Assembly: GCA_036172245.1 (NCBI GenBank)
Contig: JAYWIR010000001.1
Coordinates: 5,642,001 to 5,706,000, forward strand
Reading direction: 5' to 3'
DNA from: Raillietiella orientalis
Taxonomy: Eukaryota
Length of the DNA stretch: 64,000 nucleotides
Within the stretch, counting starts at the first letter, position 1. Each line of letters opens with the position of its first letter. The notes beneath the pieces are model-generated. The model was not told the origin of the DNA. It saw only the letters and a list, made by a program, of their open reading frames with translations, and made no database searches. Below, in pieces: positions 49,701 to 63,199 of this stretch. The translations under genes were made by a program, and so were the position numbers.

Positions 49701-52700
49701 TTTTCTTCTCCTTTAATCCTCCCTGAGCTGCGTGGGCGTTGCCGTTACTTTCGTCCACCTACAGCGTGAGGCACTTAAAAGAGATCCGCAAGAAGCCGCG
49801 AAGCCGGCGGGAGGCCGCCCAGCATCTATTTTTAGATTGCATTGTTGGCCGCCATGCCGAGGGCGCGCGCTGACGTCACGATGCTCCGTGTCGGTCCGCG
49901 GAGCGCGCGCTGCGGTTTCCACCATCGTCGCGAACGCCCTTCTTGGAAAGCGGCGGGGGGGTGGCGCCTCGGCATGGGGGAGGGGAACGCAGCCGCGCGG
50001 AGAGATTTCGGCGGGAGGTCCTTCCTTGCAGCCCGGCTTTTTAAAACCTTGAAATCGGTCGGGGTCGCTTTCGTCACTCGCTCATTCCCTGCGGCTCATC
50101 GCAGTGCGAAGGATGAGCCACCCAAACCGGTCCGGCTGAAGCCTCGCCACGCTCCGCCGCGAAGCCACACAGCGGGTGGGCCGGCTGTTACGGTGTTCGT
50201 GTTGAGAGAATCTGCTGCTTCGTAGAACAGTGGGCGGTGACCAGGGGTGGCGCATTGTCGGCCGCGCGAGGTCCGTGCTTCCAAAAGTGACGAAAATGTG
50301 CAGCATCCGGAGGCTCACTTTTTTCCTCGTGCCTCCGGCTGGTGCCACTAGCACCCGACCCGGGTCTCCGCGGTGGCTGAATCTGCCCGCCGACTTGGCT
50401 GAGTGTTCCCTCTCCGAGCTTCTCGCGGCGCGCTCGCTGCATTCGCGCCTGCCGCGGAGGGAATTGGGTCCAACATTTCGGTTACCGGGAGCATCGCGTG
50501 CGATGCGGGAGCTCCGCGAGGAATCGTGCTAGCCGCTGAACAAGGTCCTCGGAATGAAAATCTTCAGCAGACGCGTGCCTCTGCAAGTTCATCCAAGAGA
50601 ATGGGGATGCTGGAATTCGCTTTCACGCCGGATGGAAATTTTGGGTGCTTTGTCTTCTTCCTTCTTTTCCTCCGAACCGCTCTCGCGAAATTCCGGAGTC
50701 TGCATTTATGCTGCCAGGAGCCACGTTCCCGCCGGCGGAGCCAGATGCGCGCTCGCTGCTTCGCTTCGACCGGCACTCGGCACCGTGCAATGAAAACCAG
50801 GTTTCGATCTCTGAAGGACCCCCGACTCGCATCTGCACAAATATCCCCCCGTGCTCCTACGAGTGCATCAGATTCAGCAGCCGAAAAAGAAGAGAGACAA
50901 AGAAGGAAAATCCAAAGTGTCTTTTCGCGGTTTCCTCGAAGAAGAGGAGAGATTTGCAGCGTTCGTTTTGCAGCCCCGTGGTCCCAATCCCCTTCCTCTT
51001 TCCCTTTCCTCCTCCTCCTTCTCCCCCCTTCCTTCTCATGGTCGCCATTGCCACCGTCGCAGCCGTCAGATAAACGCGTCATTCGGGGACGTGTTTCCGT
51101 GCCCCACGCGCTAATCCCAGATGAACCGGAAGCCCTCCTTCGACCTGCTCTCCCCGACTGCCAGCAGGCCGAAGTGCACGGGCTACGCGGCTCCCACAGG
51201 TTTTCGCGGGAAGAGCACAAAGCGTTCCTTCCGCCGTTTTCCGACGACGGCACTCTCGGATTTGTTTTTCAATCTTTCTGAGAAGCGATGCTGGGAATCC
51301 AATCGCTCGATACCCGCGCTCCTTGGAAACACACACACTCGGACACACTCGCACACTTTCCTACAGAGGGAAAGAACCCGTGAAGGTACTCAGCACAGTT
51401 CAAGAGGCGGTCAGGAGCGACAGGTAGAGTGTGAAACAGGCGGAATCTACGGGCCACCGGGAAGATCATCCCAGTCGTCCCGGAAATTGCATCCTCGTCC
51501 ACCGAGGATTTCCCTTACAATCCTTTCGAATGCGTCCAATCAAAAACCGCTCTTGCCGAAAATTGAAAATTCACGGACGGCGTTTTCAGATGTCGTTTTC
51601 TATTCCCTGTTTGCCTGAAAGTTCCCGATTCGATCAGTCTTCCTTCTGGGACGCGAATGCAGGGATGATGGACGCCCGCAATAGCGCCAGTCCTCCCGGC
51701 GGGCGACCCTACCGGGCATCGCAGGCGCTGCTCGATGACTCGCCCTCCCGACTCCGTCCGCGGCATCTTCGTTGCCAAAGGCAGCCGCCTGAGGGCCTGC
51801 AGCCTGCTTCGTCCCGTTCTGGATTATGGGCACTTCCTGCGCCACAAGGGACTTGCGTGTCTCTCCGGATCACGATCGCGGAGGATGGTCATCCAAAAGG
51901 GAGCTCCTCCGTCGGATGGCCGTCTCCAAGGTAGCCGAGGCAGGAAGCCCTGCGTCCCTCCAGATCGCTCGGCCTCGCATATCGTGCCGATCATCGGGCG
52001 GCGAATTCGCTCAATTATCCAAGGGGTCCCGACCGACACTCGGAACCGCTCTCGCGAAAAGACCGCTCTCCAGACCGCTCTCTTCCAGGATCAGCCCGCT
52101 GGAAGGGTCCCCCAGAGGGCCTATCCACTCGCCGTCTACTTGACCCGGATGTCTATCTGCATGTGGGGTGACCCACGGAAGCATCGACTCATCGACGGAG
52201 TTTCGCGCTCCGTTACCGTGCGTGAACTCCCAGGGAAGAGGAGAAAGGGGGAGAGAGGAGGAAGGGAGGAAGAGGAAAAGAGAGAGCAGCAAACAGCTTG
52301 GAAACAGTCTCGCCAAGTCATCTGCAGAAGCAGCTGATGCGTTCGATACCCGGGGCAAGAGGGAGGAGACATTAACCCCTCTCCTGGAGCCCGCCCAGTG
52401 CCCCAACCGGAACCGAGGGAGGCTATAAGAAAGTGGTCGAGGCGCTTCCTCGAGGGGCCCGCCAGAGACCCACGAGGAGAGCGCACCCGGGAAGCAGCGC
52501 ACGTGCCTCGAACTTCCCAAGGGGGGGTTAGTTCCAAAGCCTTCTGACCCGTCTCGACTGCCCACCCGGGCCCACTTTGGAATGGTTCCGCGTGAAATGA
52601 GACTCGCGCTACCCCCCCCCCCCCCTTAGCCTCCGCTCGGCCGGAGGTTTGCAGTTCGAAAATCCGTCACCACCGCAGAGTAGCTCTCGCTGCATAAGCC

Positions 52701-54079
52701 CTTTCCCTCCTCTCCTTCCTTTCCTCCCTTCATGCCTTCGAGACCGACCCAGGCCAGTAGCCAAAGAGATCAAGGCGTTCTGGGTCTGGGATTTTCTTGG
52801 CGAGGAGGCGAAGTACCCACGACCTCTCCGCACGGGGAAATGGGGATAGCCCACCGGCTCTCGCCCTCCCCTTATCGGAACAGGGGGATTGAGAATCACC
52901 TACGAAGTCCACGGTCACGCCGACATCGTCATTCGCGGCTCCGAGGAAGGAGAGGTCCAGGCCGGGCCGCGCCTGCCTGGGACCCGACCGCCATCTGCGG
53001 GGATTTCCCGGAAGCGCGCCGTTGGAGACGAGACGGGACGGGCGGGACGAACGGACAGTCAACATCCCTTCCTTCCTCCCGAGGCGGAAGAGTTTTCGGA
53101 AGGCTCTTTCGAAAAAGGGGTCTGCCCACCTGCCTCTCCGGATCCTTTACTCGTCCTTTCTATGGTCTCCGGGCAGCGCACCTTTACCCGCGCGGCTCTG
53201 AGACGCTCCCGGAACCGCTGGTTCCGCGACGCACCGGCGGCTCCGCTTCCGCGCTCGCGTCGCCGCCGTGCGTGCGCTCCGCCCGCACTCACGGGCGCGC
53301 AATCCCAGGAAGGGGGGGAAGGGGAAGGAAAAACAAAGAAAACGAAACAGCCGGTTTCCCTGGAGACAGCATCCTCGCAGCCAGCTCTGAAGTCCGTGGA
53401 ACTTTCGATGCCTGCCAATGGGAAGATCAGGCCGGAGAAAAGTTGGAAAAGTTTCATCCATCAGCCCGGCCCCTCCTCCCCATCCCGGAGGACCACGGTA
53501 CGGGCTGGTGCGCACCAGCTGCAGGATCCGCTAGGAAAACTTCTGCTGTCGCTCGGGAGGCTAGCAGCTTCCTTCCATCTTGGTCCATCCCGAAACGCCC
53601 CGCTTTTCCCGGAAGGGACCGGAGGAACCTCCGCATCCCGAACAGGAAGCGCGGAAGCACGGCGGCTACAGCAGGACGTCTGCGAACGATCCGTCATCGC
53701 CAGGACAGGGAAGAGCAGGATGGAGGAACCCCTGCTGCCTCCTTCGCTTCCGGTTTCTCCTCCGGAGACTCCCTCCCGGACGAACGTACCGTCCTGGCTC
53801 CAGCCAGGAGACATTCACTGCCACCGGGGCCAAACGCTGTCCCTTCCCCCCTCCCCCGATCGGGGAGGCTCAGACTAGGGATTCGAGCACAGACCGAGCT
53901 GCAGGGGGGGTGGGGGGGAAGGTTTCATGTGAGTACGTAGAAACGACCCCCAGGGAAACAGGCGGCAGCTGACCCTCGACCGGGGAGTGCAATGAGCGCC
54001 TCTTGTCCGGATCGCCTCGACCTAAAGCGAAGAAGCTGATCCTCCCGAGCATGAGGATCACCAAGTCCATCGCTCGGTG

Positions 54080-54770
54080 GGCAGCATCTTGGCTGGCAAT
54101 CAGCAGACGCCTCTTAAGACTTCCCCCTCAGGACTTTCAAAGGAAGGAGTGAATTTTTCGGAATCCTCTGCAGGAGGAAACTACGAAGCTCCATCCTTCT
54201 TCCTCTTCGTTGCCAGCGGGCCACCATCATGCGGTGGGTGTACCGGACCTCTCCCCCGGAGCGAGGAGCGCCACCATGCTCCCCGGTGTGGAGAGCGCCC
54301 AAGGAGTGCACTTGTTGCGGGATGGCGGAAACCCTGCCTCCCCGTCGCTCCTGGGATGTGGATGGGCTGCCGCAGCAAAAGGACGACATGGCGTTGCTGG
54401 CCAATCCGGCCTCCCTGACTTGCTGCCTCCCAGGAACCCCTGGAAAGGGCGCGCCTTGCTCCTCCAGGGTTGACAGTCGCCGGTGATCCTCCGGCGCGCG
54501 CGAGCGACGGTGGCTGCCAAACTGGAGGAAGGTTGCAGCGGCCGCTTGCAACGGACAACGAAGTGGTCCAGTCTGGGATGTGAGTTGGACAGAGACCTCG
54601 GTCGATTCCCCCTGGACCGGCAACTTGAATGCACCCACCCAGTTCCCCTCTATCCCTTCCCTTCCCGAGGTGGGCGTTCGGGAGTCGTGTCTACCACAGT
54701 GAGGCCGATCAGTCCCATTTTTTATTCAAGGATTATTTCTCCTTGGTCTCCCTCCCCTTTTACTCAATAA
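54080..54770 (+). mobile_element. Divergent non-LTR C-terminal fragment
   Basis: PRCGE/..VHLLRD zinc-finger remnant near 54280 followed by a T-rich tract. Confidence 0.4.
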
Positions 54771-55250
54771 CTGACATGAGTGCCGGATCAGTCTGTTCGG
54801 TCCTTCTTCCGAGGGTGTGGGTTGTCCCTTCGAGCATCAGGTGCCAAGGTCGAGAGCTCTCTAGCACGCCATCCCTGCCGAGTCGCCAACGTGTGCGAAG
54901 CTGAAGGCAGCTGCAACGCTGGCTGGAAGGCGTCCGCCTACGCTTGTTGGCGATGTGTATTTCTTCATGAAGCAGAGATGGGGAAGTGCAGGCGTAGTCA
55001 AGGCGTTGGCAAGGAGGAAGGGCGAAGAAATCCGCCGCCAGTTTCGCATCCTAGGCCTCTAGACCTGGGGAACTGCGCTCTCCGATGGCCTACAACGTTT
55101 CCGTGGCAACCCGTCCCGTCTTCGAATGAGGCTCGGTCAAGGACCGTGACGCGGGCGGGAAAACAGCTCGCAAATTCAACCCGGTTAGGAGTCAAATGGA
55201 GGGATGTCCTCTCTCCCGGGTCCCACCTTTTAGGCCTCTCCACTGTTTCA

Positions 55251-55640
55251 AAGCCGGCCACCCCGGGGTGTTTCTTTCAAAGTAAACACACACACGCATA
55301 TGCATAAATATATTTACACGATGTGGGGAAATGCCGGACTCTAGTTAGGACAAGGATTGATGGAGTCTTTGGATCCCTAGCGGTCGCCTTCCTTGCAGTC
55401 TTCTTGCAATCCACTAAGCATCCTCCCTGATTTTTTTTTTTTTTTTTTGGCTGGGCCACTTATTTATTCAGAACAAACAAAATTTAGGAGAGGGAAGGGT
55501 TGGACATTACGTCGTCACGAGGCGAAATGACGTGAACTGCACTGGTCACGTAAGTAGGAAGCCCTTGGAAGGAACGCCGATAAACAAACAAATAGGAGTG
55601 GATTGGATCCGCCTCACGGTGGCGATGACTCCTGATGGAC
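55251..55640 (-). mobile_element. Short non-LTR 3'UTR/terminus fragment
   Basis: Terminus-like aaacaccccggggtggccggct at 55273-55252; T-rich UTR blocks on the minus strand. Confidence 0.45.
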
Positions 55641-56446
55641 TGTGTCCCCCGAGCGGTTAATTGCATGCGGTCATTTGTCGTATTCCACTCCTCCTGACCT
55701 CCGGTCGTCAGTTTCGGGGAGATGGTGGAGCCATCTTGCTGCCCTCCGCGTCGTGGACGGGGCAAAACCGCCTTCTGGCCCCGCTGCTGCCGCTGCACAG
55801 CATCGCCAGCGCTTCGGTGGCCGAGGGTTCTCGCGGCTTAAGGAAGGCAGCCACGGAAGCTGCCAGGTGCAGTCCCCCGGAAGGGCGAGGAGGGCTGCGG
55901 TCACTTGCTCCCCTTTCCTAGCGGAAGAATCCTCCATCCAGAAGCAAGATCGGGGTGATCAGGTTGCCCCGCACTTGGCACAGATCGGTGACTCACTCTC
56001 GCTCGGTGGCGCCGGAGTTGCACGTCGAAATTGCTTGCCCACCCCAGAAACCGCAGTTCCGAAAGAACATCGCTGCGTGTTGCCGAGCTAAGAACAGTCC
56101 AGGAGGACGGCGAGGTCCACCGGCGAATCCAGGAGGATGTTGCAAGCGCCTGTCTACCAGTGCACCGTCTTTGAGCATGGATCGCACCACCCTGGAGTAC
56201 GCAGAGGAGATTGCGGAAGCTCCCATGCGAGCTGCCGGGAGATCTCCTACAGGACCGGGCGCAGTGGTTCCGGACATCCGTCTCTTTCCTTGCCGCAGCG
56301 TCGTCTGCCCTCAGGGAAAGCGACGACAGCAGACCAACTGGCGGCGTAAGGGTGCTTCTGCAAAGCTGCAGGAGTCAAGAGACATCGGCAGCTGCAAGAC
56401 GAGCGTGCTGGTGAACGGCGCCACTCGCCGTTCTCAAACATGCTGA
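55640..56446 (+). mobile_element. Non-LTR RT fragment
   Basis: Clear DNA homology to 1540-2000; KTSVLVNG. Confidence 0.75.
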
Positions 56447-56449
56447 AGG

Positions 56450-57880
56450 ACACCAGAAAAGCAGGCGCGCGAAGTCTTCATTTGCACTGCGCCGGCCGCA
56501 GCCCAGGCCACCCTTCTCCTGGTCCGGTGGCGGAGACGTGCGTCTTGCATGGGACGGCCCGAGGCGGCAGTCGCCACGCCGAGTTCTGACCACCTTCAGA
56601 GGAAGAAGGGAGCTGTTTAAAAAAACACCGCGGGGATTCTTCGCTCCCTCCTAGACGATTCCCAGGAGATCCGCTGGTGGAGGAATCCTTCGGGGTAGGC
56701 AGCAGGGGTGGAAGGGTCGCCTCTGCAGGGTCGACCGCCACTGCCAGGGTGCACCAGGGTGCCCTTCACTGCTCGGGATACGGACTGGGCATTCAAAGTC
56801 TAAAGGATGCCGAGCACGACGCATCGCCGCATCCTGTAGTCCGGGTCTGTGAGAAGAACAGGCTGCTTTCCGCCAAGAGCGCGCATCCTGTTCCGGATCA
56901 ATCCCGAAGGTCTCCCACCCTCCTTGTTCACGAGCGGCCTTGCAGGTTTGCCTGCAGCCGGATCTTCGAAGACGCCGCTACGACCGGACGGACGCACACT
57001 GCTGCGGCTGCGCAAATCTCCTCCCTTGGGAAGAGGAAAGACCCTCGCGACGAGCCCGCGGAGAGGGCGCAGGCACGTCTCTTGCCTTCCCAATCAGCCC
57101 TGTCAGCTGCAGCAGCGGGGGAGTCGGTTCCTTCTTCCAGAAGCTCTGACAGAGCGCCTCTGGAGGCCGTCCTCCTCAGGCGCTTTCCTCTCCTCGGACC
57201 CTGCAGAATGCCTCCCATCGCGGAAGACCCCCCGTCGGGGAGTGCATGGAGGGAGTGCCTTCCGGCGGCGATCCCTGCGTAGAGCGTTGTCGCTCTTACA
57301 TGTCGTCGCTCACGCAGGGAGCAGCAGAACGTCCTTCTGAGGCGGCGCGTCCCCGCTGGAGCCGATGCCTTGTAAGTCCCTCTTGTCCAGAGGGCACAGC
57401 GCCCAGGACCGCCACTTGTCCTCTTGGCATTCCTTCAGCCTCCAGGCGGCCGCACACGCTCCGGTAGTAGGACCTCGCCTGGAGGAAGGACCTGTTACTG
57501 CGCACCCCTTTTCCAAAATCTTCCGGCAGCTGGCAAATGGGAGAGTGAAGCCAGGACTCCCGGATGTCACCCTGGATCCTGGAGTTCGTCGACGACAGAG
57601 CCACTCAGGAAACTATCCTCCTTCTCCAGTTGGCTTGGCCATACTCTGGTAGCCTTCAGAAGTTCGTCGGCGACACTTTCCAGGAGGCACCAGCGCCGGC
57701 CTGATCCTGGGATGATTGGACAAAACTGACCTTTGTCTCCTTCTACCACTGAACCTGTCGTCCAAGACGTTGTCAGGGGAGTCCTTCATCCCAGATCTAT
57801 GGGCCAACGTGCTGGTTGCACTCACGGGGGCGCACAATCCGTTGACCTGAGCCATCTGATAGTAGGTGGGCGCTAGAGTT
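56450..57880 (-). mobile_element. Non-LTR RT fragment
   Basis: ARVFPLPKGGDLRSRSSVRP near 57030 matches the 11930 motif. Confidence 0.7.
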
Positions 57881-57883
57881 CTT

Positions 57884-59010
57884 CGCCCGCTCACTCTCGG
57901 GGGTGTTCATTTTATGAAAATGAACCAATCGGGAACACGCTGGTTCCCAATCGAAGACAAAAGTAGTTCAATGGGAAGGATCCATCAACACGCAGGACAG
58001 GATATTCGAAAGTCCGGTACGGGGAGAGGGAAGGGGGGCAACCAAACAAATGAGAAAATCCGGGGGGATGGGTCAGATGTCTTTGGCTTCTCTCCGTACA
58101 CACCGGGATGAAAATATGCAAACCGAAGAAGTAACGGAGCGAAAGGGAGTGGAGAATGAGGGAAAAAAATAGAGGTAGGCAAGGAACAAGGTGCACCGGT
58201 GTCCGTCATTCCATTCTTTCAAAACCAGCACCGGATGCCAGCCATTTCCTCCTTCACTTCTTTTAACAGGTGAGGCCGTCTTGTAGCCGTCCTAGCGTAG
58301 GCGGCTTCCATCCCGGTGACCTCCCTTCGCTGCGGCGACAACTCCAGCACGTGGCGGGCCGTGACGTTGGCGCCGATGCAACTCATCTCTGAGACCACCG
58401 CGCCCGTCGATTCATCCCGGAGTGATAAGGCATCTCTAGAATTGCTTTCAGTGATCTTTTTAGGGTCGTGGCAAAGCGTTCCAACAGAGGCCGGAGGGCA
58501 ACGCAACCCACGAGCAGGTGCGGGAGGGATCCTCGTTCTTTGCACCTACTGCAATACGGGCTCAACTCCCTTCTTCTCCCCTGGGTCCAATGATGTCAGC
58601 TGGCGCTACATGGGAGGCCCCAGTGCAACAACAGAAGCACCGATTCCTGCAAGCGAGAGGGAAGGAGTGGCTGTTCCGGAGGACTGTGGTCCACTCGAGG
58701 TCTTCCAGGGGAATTCCTATGGGCTCACTCCAGCGCAAAAAGTCTTTTAGGTGTGGCACTTCTGGTCAGCATCAGTCAGCTGGCCCGTGGTCCGACCATC
58801 TGGGGACGCGACTCCACAGGAGCATGCGCAGCGGAACTTCCGGTGCAGACTCGCGCTGGTGCCCGTAAGATAGCTCTTTCTCATGCGCCCGTGTCCTGGT
58901 TGACCTCTGCCGCCCATTCCAGGGTTGATGCGGGGATTCGATTTCCCTCTGGGGCAACTCTCGCGTCGTCTCTGGAATTCCAGCCTCGGATTGCCTCCGG
59001 AACTTCGATG
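57884..59010 (-). mobile_element. Non-LTR C-terminus and 3' end (second subfamily)
   Basis: RWSEPIGIPLEDLEW, YCSRCKERGSLPHLLVGCVALRPL; terminus at 57911-57884. Confidence 0.85.
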
Positions 59011-60180
59011 CTGATTAGCCCAGTGGAACTTTGCTCTCGGTTATCCTCTGGAGGAAGCATCGCGAAGCCGTTGACCCCGGTCGCCATCCCCTTTGCCTCA
59101 GCGCTGCCCGCCCTGAGAGCAAGCGGCGACTGCAGCCTACCGAAGTGGGGTGGAAGTTTTCCACCACCGCTGGAAAGGAGGAACTCCTAGAAAGCTGGAA
59201 GACACGCGGGCTGGTGGATGCTGCCACTCGTTCCCAGGCGAAGGGACCACATCGGTGGAGCGAATTCCTGAGTACGCCCCCGGAGAACTCGTGGTCTCTC
59301 CCTCGTGTTCGAACACTTCCGCGTCCTTCTTAACCTGTGCTGCTGTTTCTGCACTAGGGGTTCCAGTGCTCCCACACCTTCGTTTCCGAGGGAGCTTCAT
59401 CTCCGAACTGCTCCAGGAGCGGGTCGATGGAATCGATCCCGCACCTCTTGACAGACTGTGATGACCCTAGGGAACATCGGAAGAGGCCGGCTCCAAGCTG
59501 CTGCACCAAGAGGACACCGCCCATTGCCTCTTGCGGGCGATTCTTGCGTGGCAGCGAGATGCCGCCTCTGCGCCGCCGTCACGACCACCATGTCTCGCAA
59601 ACTCAAGCGCGGCGGAAGGTGGTAGGCGGCCGTCTACCTGAGAATCGCGTCGTGATTGCCAGCATCTCGGAGAGGAATCCAGCGGCAAATGGTGAAAAGA
59701 GGGAAGAAAAGCAGAAGAAGCTTGTCCTTCAGCATGCTATCATTGATGGGGATCTTTCTTCGAATATGGATCTGGAGGACCAGAATCAACTGGACTGCCT
59801 CTCATGGAAGAGGAAGCCCGAACGGAGATCGTCGGCATTATGCGCTGGTTCTAGAAGGAAGGAATGGTCGGCTTTAAAGATCCCAGTCCCCATCATCCCT
59901 TTATTTATTCAGCTATTGTTTCCTTCCTTCCCCGTTCCGGACTTTTCTCGGTGTTTGAGAAGGAACAGGAAAAGCCAAAAACCTCTCTTGTCCTTCCTCC
60001 GTTCTTTTATTTGTACTTTTGCTTATCATCCCCTCTCACCCGTTTAAACCTCCTGAAGAGAACGACGTGCACGTCGGTGGTCTCTCTTCTTCTTGAACTT
60101 CTTCTTGCCCTTCCTTTGGGAACTTCGCTCCCAACAAGTTTGTTCATTTCATGAGCGAACGCCCAGACGTGAGCGGGTTA
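59011..60180 (+). mobile_element. Non-LTR C-terminus and 3' end (third variant)
   Basis: RWSEFLSTPPEN, NCSRSGSMESIPHLLTDC; degenerate terminus gcgaacgcccagacgtgagcgggt near 60155-60178. Confidence 0.75.
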
Positions 60181-61099
60181 TAAATTTCCGCTTCCATTCC
60201 TCCGGGAGATCCAGCGGGTGTCTCTTTTAGAGAAGTGAGGTCTCAAGGGAGGAAAACGCCTCTCTCCGCGCCATCGTGAAGCAGCCCGTTAGCATCCCGA
60301 GAAGACTGCAAGCGTGCTACGGAAGTAGCCGGGAAAGCCAAGGAAGGGCTTCCTGAGGCGGGACGCACTTTGGCGTCTTCTTGTCCTTTGTTCCTCACCC
60401 TCACCCACCTGGCCATCGAAGGGTTCCAAGACGCAGAGAACAAGTCCACGTCTTCAGTAGGGATGATGCGGACCTTCGCGGATGTTGGTCCGTTCTGCTT
60501 TCGGGCCTTCGGCAGACTCTTCCCCAGCGAAAAGAGCCAGACCTCCTTTGCAGGAAGCTGTGGTCCCTGCTTTTGCCTCGGGTTCTGCAACCGAGGATGT
60601 GATCTGTGACTTTCTTTTCCGGTACAGAGCCTCATGTTGGCATGCTGGGGAAGGGGGGGAGAGACGGAGGAGATCAACGCGCGTTGTCGCGGAAGCACCG
60701 CAGCTTCCACGTAGGGCTCGCCCACCGCGCAAGCGACAGCAACCAAGCAGCTGCTTTGTCCCTGCCTCCAAGAGGTGCGCTTTGGTCTTGAGGGCCGAGA
60801 AGAGACGCACACGCGCGCGCAGGTCCTTGCCTTACCGGAAGGGAGAACGGAAGTTCCGTCTTCCTTCTACTGGGAAGAACTAGGAGGATGCTCGACGTTC
60901 GTGTTCTTTTTCCCATCCACCTCCGTCCATACATCTCTTCTCCTCCTCCCTCTTCCTGTTCCGTGGGCTCGGGTTACCTCCATCTTTCCTTTTTTCTTAT
61001 GTTTTTCCTGTCCTCTCTAAAGGTGGCCTTAGTGTGGTCCTTCTGGCACTCACACGCTTGCACCTACGTGTTTGATCCGATAGCATGGAGTGGGCTTGT

Positions 61100-63100
61100 A
61101 GCTCCGTTCCCGCAAAGGGCGTCTCTTGGGTGATCTCTACCGTCAGAGCACCGCTTCATCTGATGGCCACTTGCGTGGCTGCCGTTCCATAGCCCGGTCT
61201 GTCCTGTACGCTGCTTGGGAGCTTCCTGCCTGAGGGGGACCCATGGGTGAGTCGCACTAATTGAGTATCAGTCAAACGCAAGCCACAGTACAGTTGACCA
61301 TACTCCGTCAGGCGGGAGAGCTCCTCGGTGAGCTGAGGTCAACGACCCAAGAGAGCGCAATGCCCCGGATCAGTTGACTCAAGCCCTGACCCAACGAGGA
61401 CGGTCCGAAAAGCGCGAGCCGCCTTCTTGACGAAAAGCCTGAGCTCACCTTGAAGCACATCCTCACCCAGTCGCTACTGTCTGAGGGTCTGCAGTGAATG
61501 CTCTCCCCGCCGAGAGTTTGTCGCTGCCAAACTTCTTTTGGAGACAGTTCCTCTAGGCAACGGGGATTTCTATTTTAGGTCAGCTCTGTTTGCTTGAGTT
61601 TCTGACCTTGCGCAGAACTAAGGGTCGGTCTTAATCTTCTGGAAACTGGGCTGCTCCGGTCTGACCTCTGTCGCTCGGAGGTACCTTAGCTCGTGAGTCC
61701 AACAGAAGCTCCGGCTGCGTTGACTGTCGGACGACAGCATCTTAAAGGCTGGTCATCCTCGACTTTTCCTGCATTTCTGTCTACTTCTGACCCATTCAGA
61801 GGAGCTCGGAAAGAAAAGGAAACCAAATGCGAAGACCCCTCTGTCTTCTTGCCCTTGGATAGATATTTCAGGTCATCGCCCGTGGTTCGAAGTGCTGGAA
61901 TCCTCAACGTGGGGAGGTGAAAAGAGAACTGGAAACCTTGCGTCTTCGACTCAACAAAATGAGACGCCAAAATCTAATACGTCCGCGATATGCAGCTGAC
62001 CTACAGGCTGGAGCATCCCCCTCGATGAAGGAATCGCCCCAAAAATCGGCATGCAGGTTGCGATGCCGAATCGTGACAATGGAGGCGGAGGATTTTTGGA
62101 TTCTTGGAGCAGTCCCATAACTTCACACTGACAGGACCAGCGAAGGGTCGAGGATGTGAAAATTTCAGTCCCTTCATTCTGTAACCTCCCCATTTACTCG
62201 ATGAACGGAACGTGTCTGTGCGCGTCCTTGGGGTTTCCATCTCTTGAAGAACTACCCATGCCTTAGATAACCCTCCTCGGTCACCACGCTACTGCTGCTC
62301 AAAGAGGATTTTTCTAAAATCAGACCCTGGAGCGTGATATCACAGAGCGGGAACGGCATACCACCGCGTTTCCACTAAGAGGCGCTTCTAGTGTTTAAGG
62401 AAGCTCCCAAACACTAAAAGCGTGCCTGGAGATCATGGAATCGCCAGGACAGGCCCAGAGGAATTGGAAAGAACGCGCTTTCACTAAACAGCTCGCCGTT
62501 GCTTCGCCTTAGAGAGCGAGTAGAGCGCCTTCCGACCAAGGCTTCTACAAGAGGGGACATCAGACGTCTTTCGACCTCCTACGGAAACAGTCCGCGCTTC
62601 GAGCCCACCTCGGACATACCATCGCGGAAGCGCTATTCTGCAACAGCGTCGCGTCATGCAAAGACATGGACTTGCATCTCGAACCACTGCAGCAGCGACG
62701 CCATTCTTGCTCACTCGAGGGCGCTGTGACCTGTGTGCGCGATCCCTTTTCCTCATGAAAGGAAGGTTTCAGTTTTCGGGTCACGGCGAGTTTCTTCCTG
62801 CTTTGCCCCCGACCGCACGAGTGACTGATGCCTACAATCCGCTGCCATGAAATTCACATCAAGATTGATTTCTGCGCATGAGGTGTGATGTCATGGGATT
62901 CCATAATCTCATGAGGAATACGGGGGAATTGACTGGGAAAGGAAAAGAGCAAGCGGACGGATGCTGAGTAAACGAAGATCCTGCTCGGGAAGAATTGGCC
63001 CAATTGCGCTGGGGGAATGAGGAGAGTAAATTGGAGGATGCGGAGATGAAACGAAAATGACGCATTTCGAGCGCGCAGAGAGAAGACCGCCTTCGCAATC
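61100..63100 (-). mobile_element. Decayed reverse copy of the tRNA-module subfamily (ORF1 end to APE)
   Basis: 62140-62265 aligns to the reverse of 26840-26705; APE-like ALLGR*PQL and GLRLTDT..VQDR at 61360-61200. Confidence 0.5.
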
Positions 63101-63199
63101 CGAGGCGCTAGACGCCGGGCTTAAACCCACGAAAGCAAGACGCTGACAAGCTCCTGGCGACCTCACTTTAAATGGGTTTGTCTATCAGCTACTGCTCCT

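Noticed and set aside
52732-53940. Long overlapping ORFs (also 3495-4463, 9333-10487, 50403-51281)
   Set aside because: No recognisable domain, low-complexity composition and several frames open at once, as expected in GC-rich DNA.
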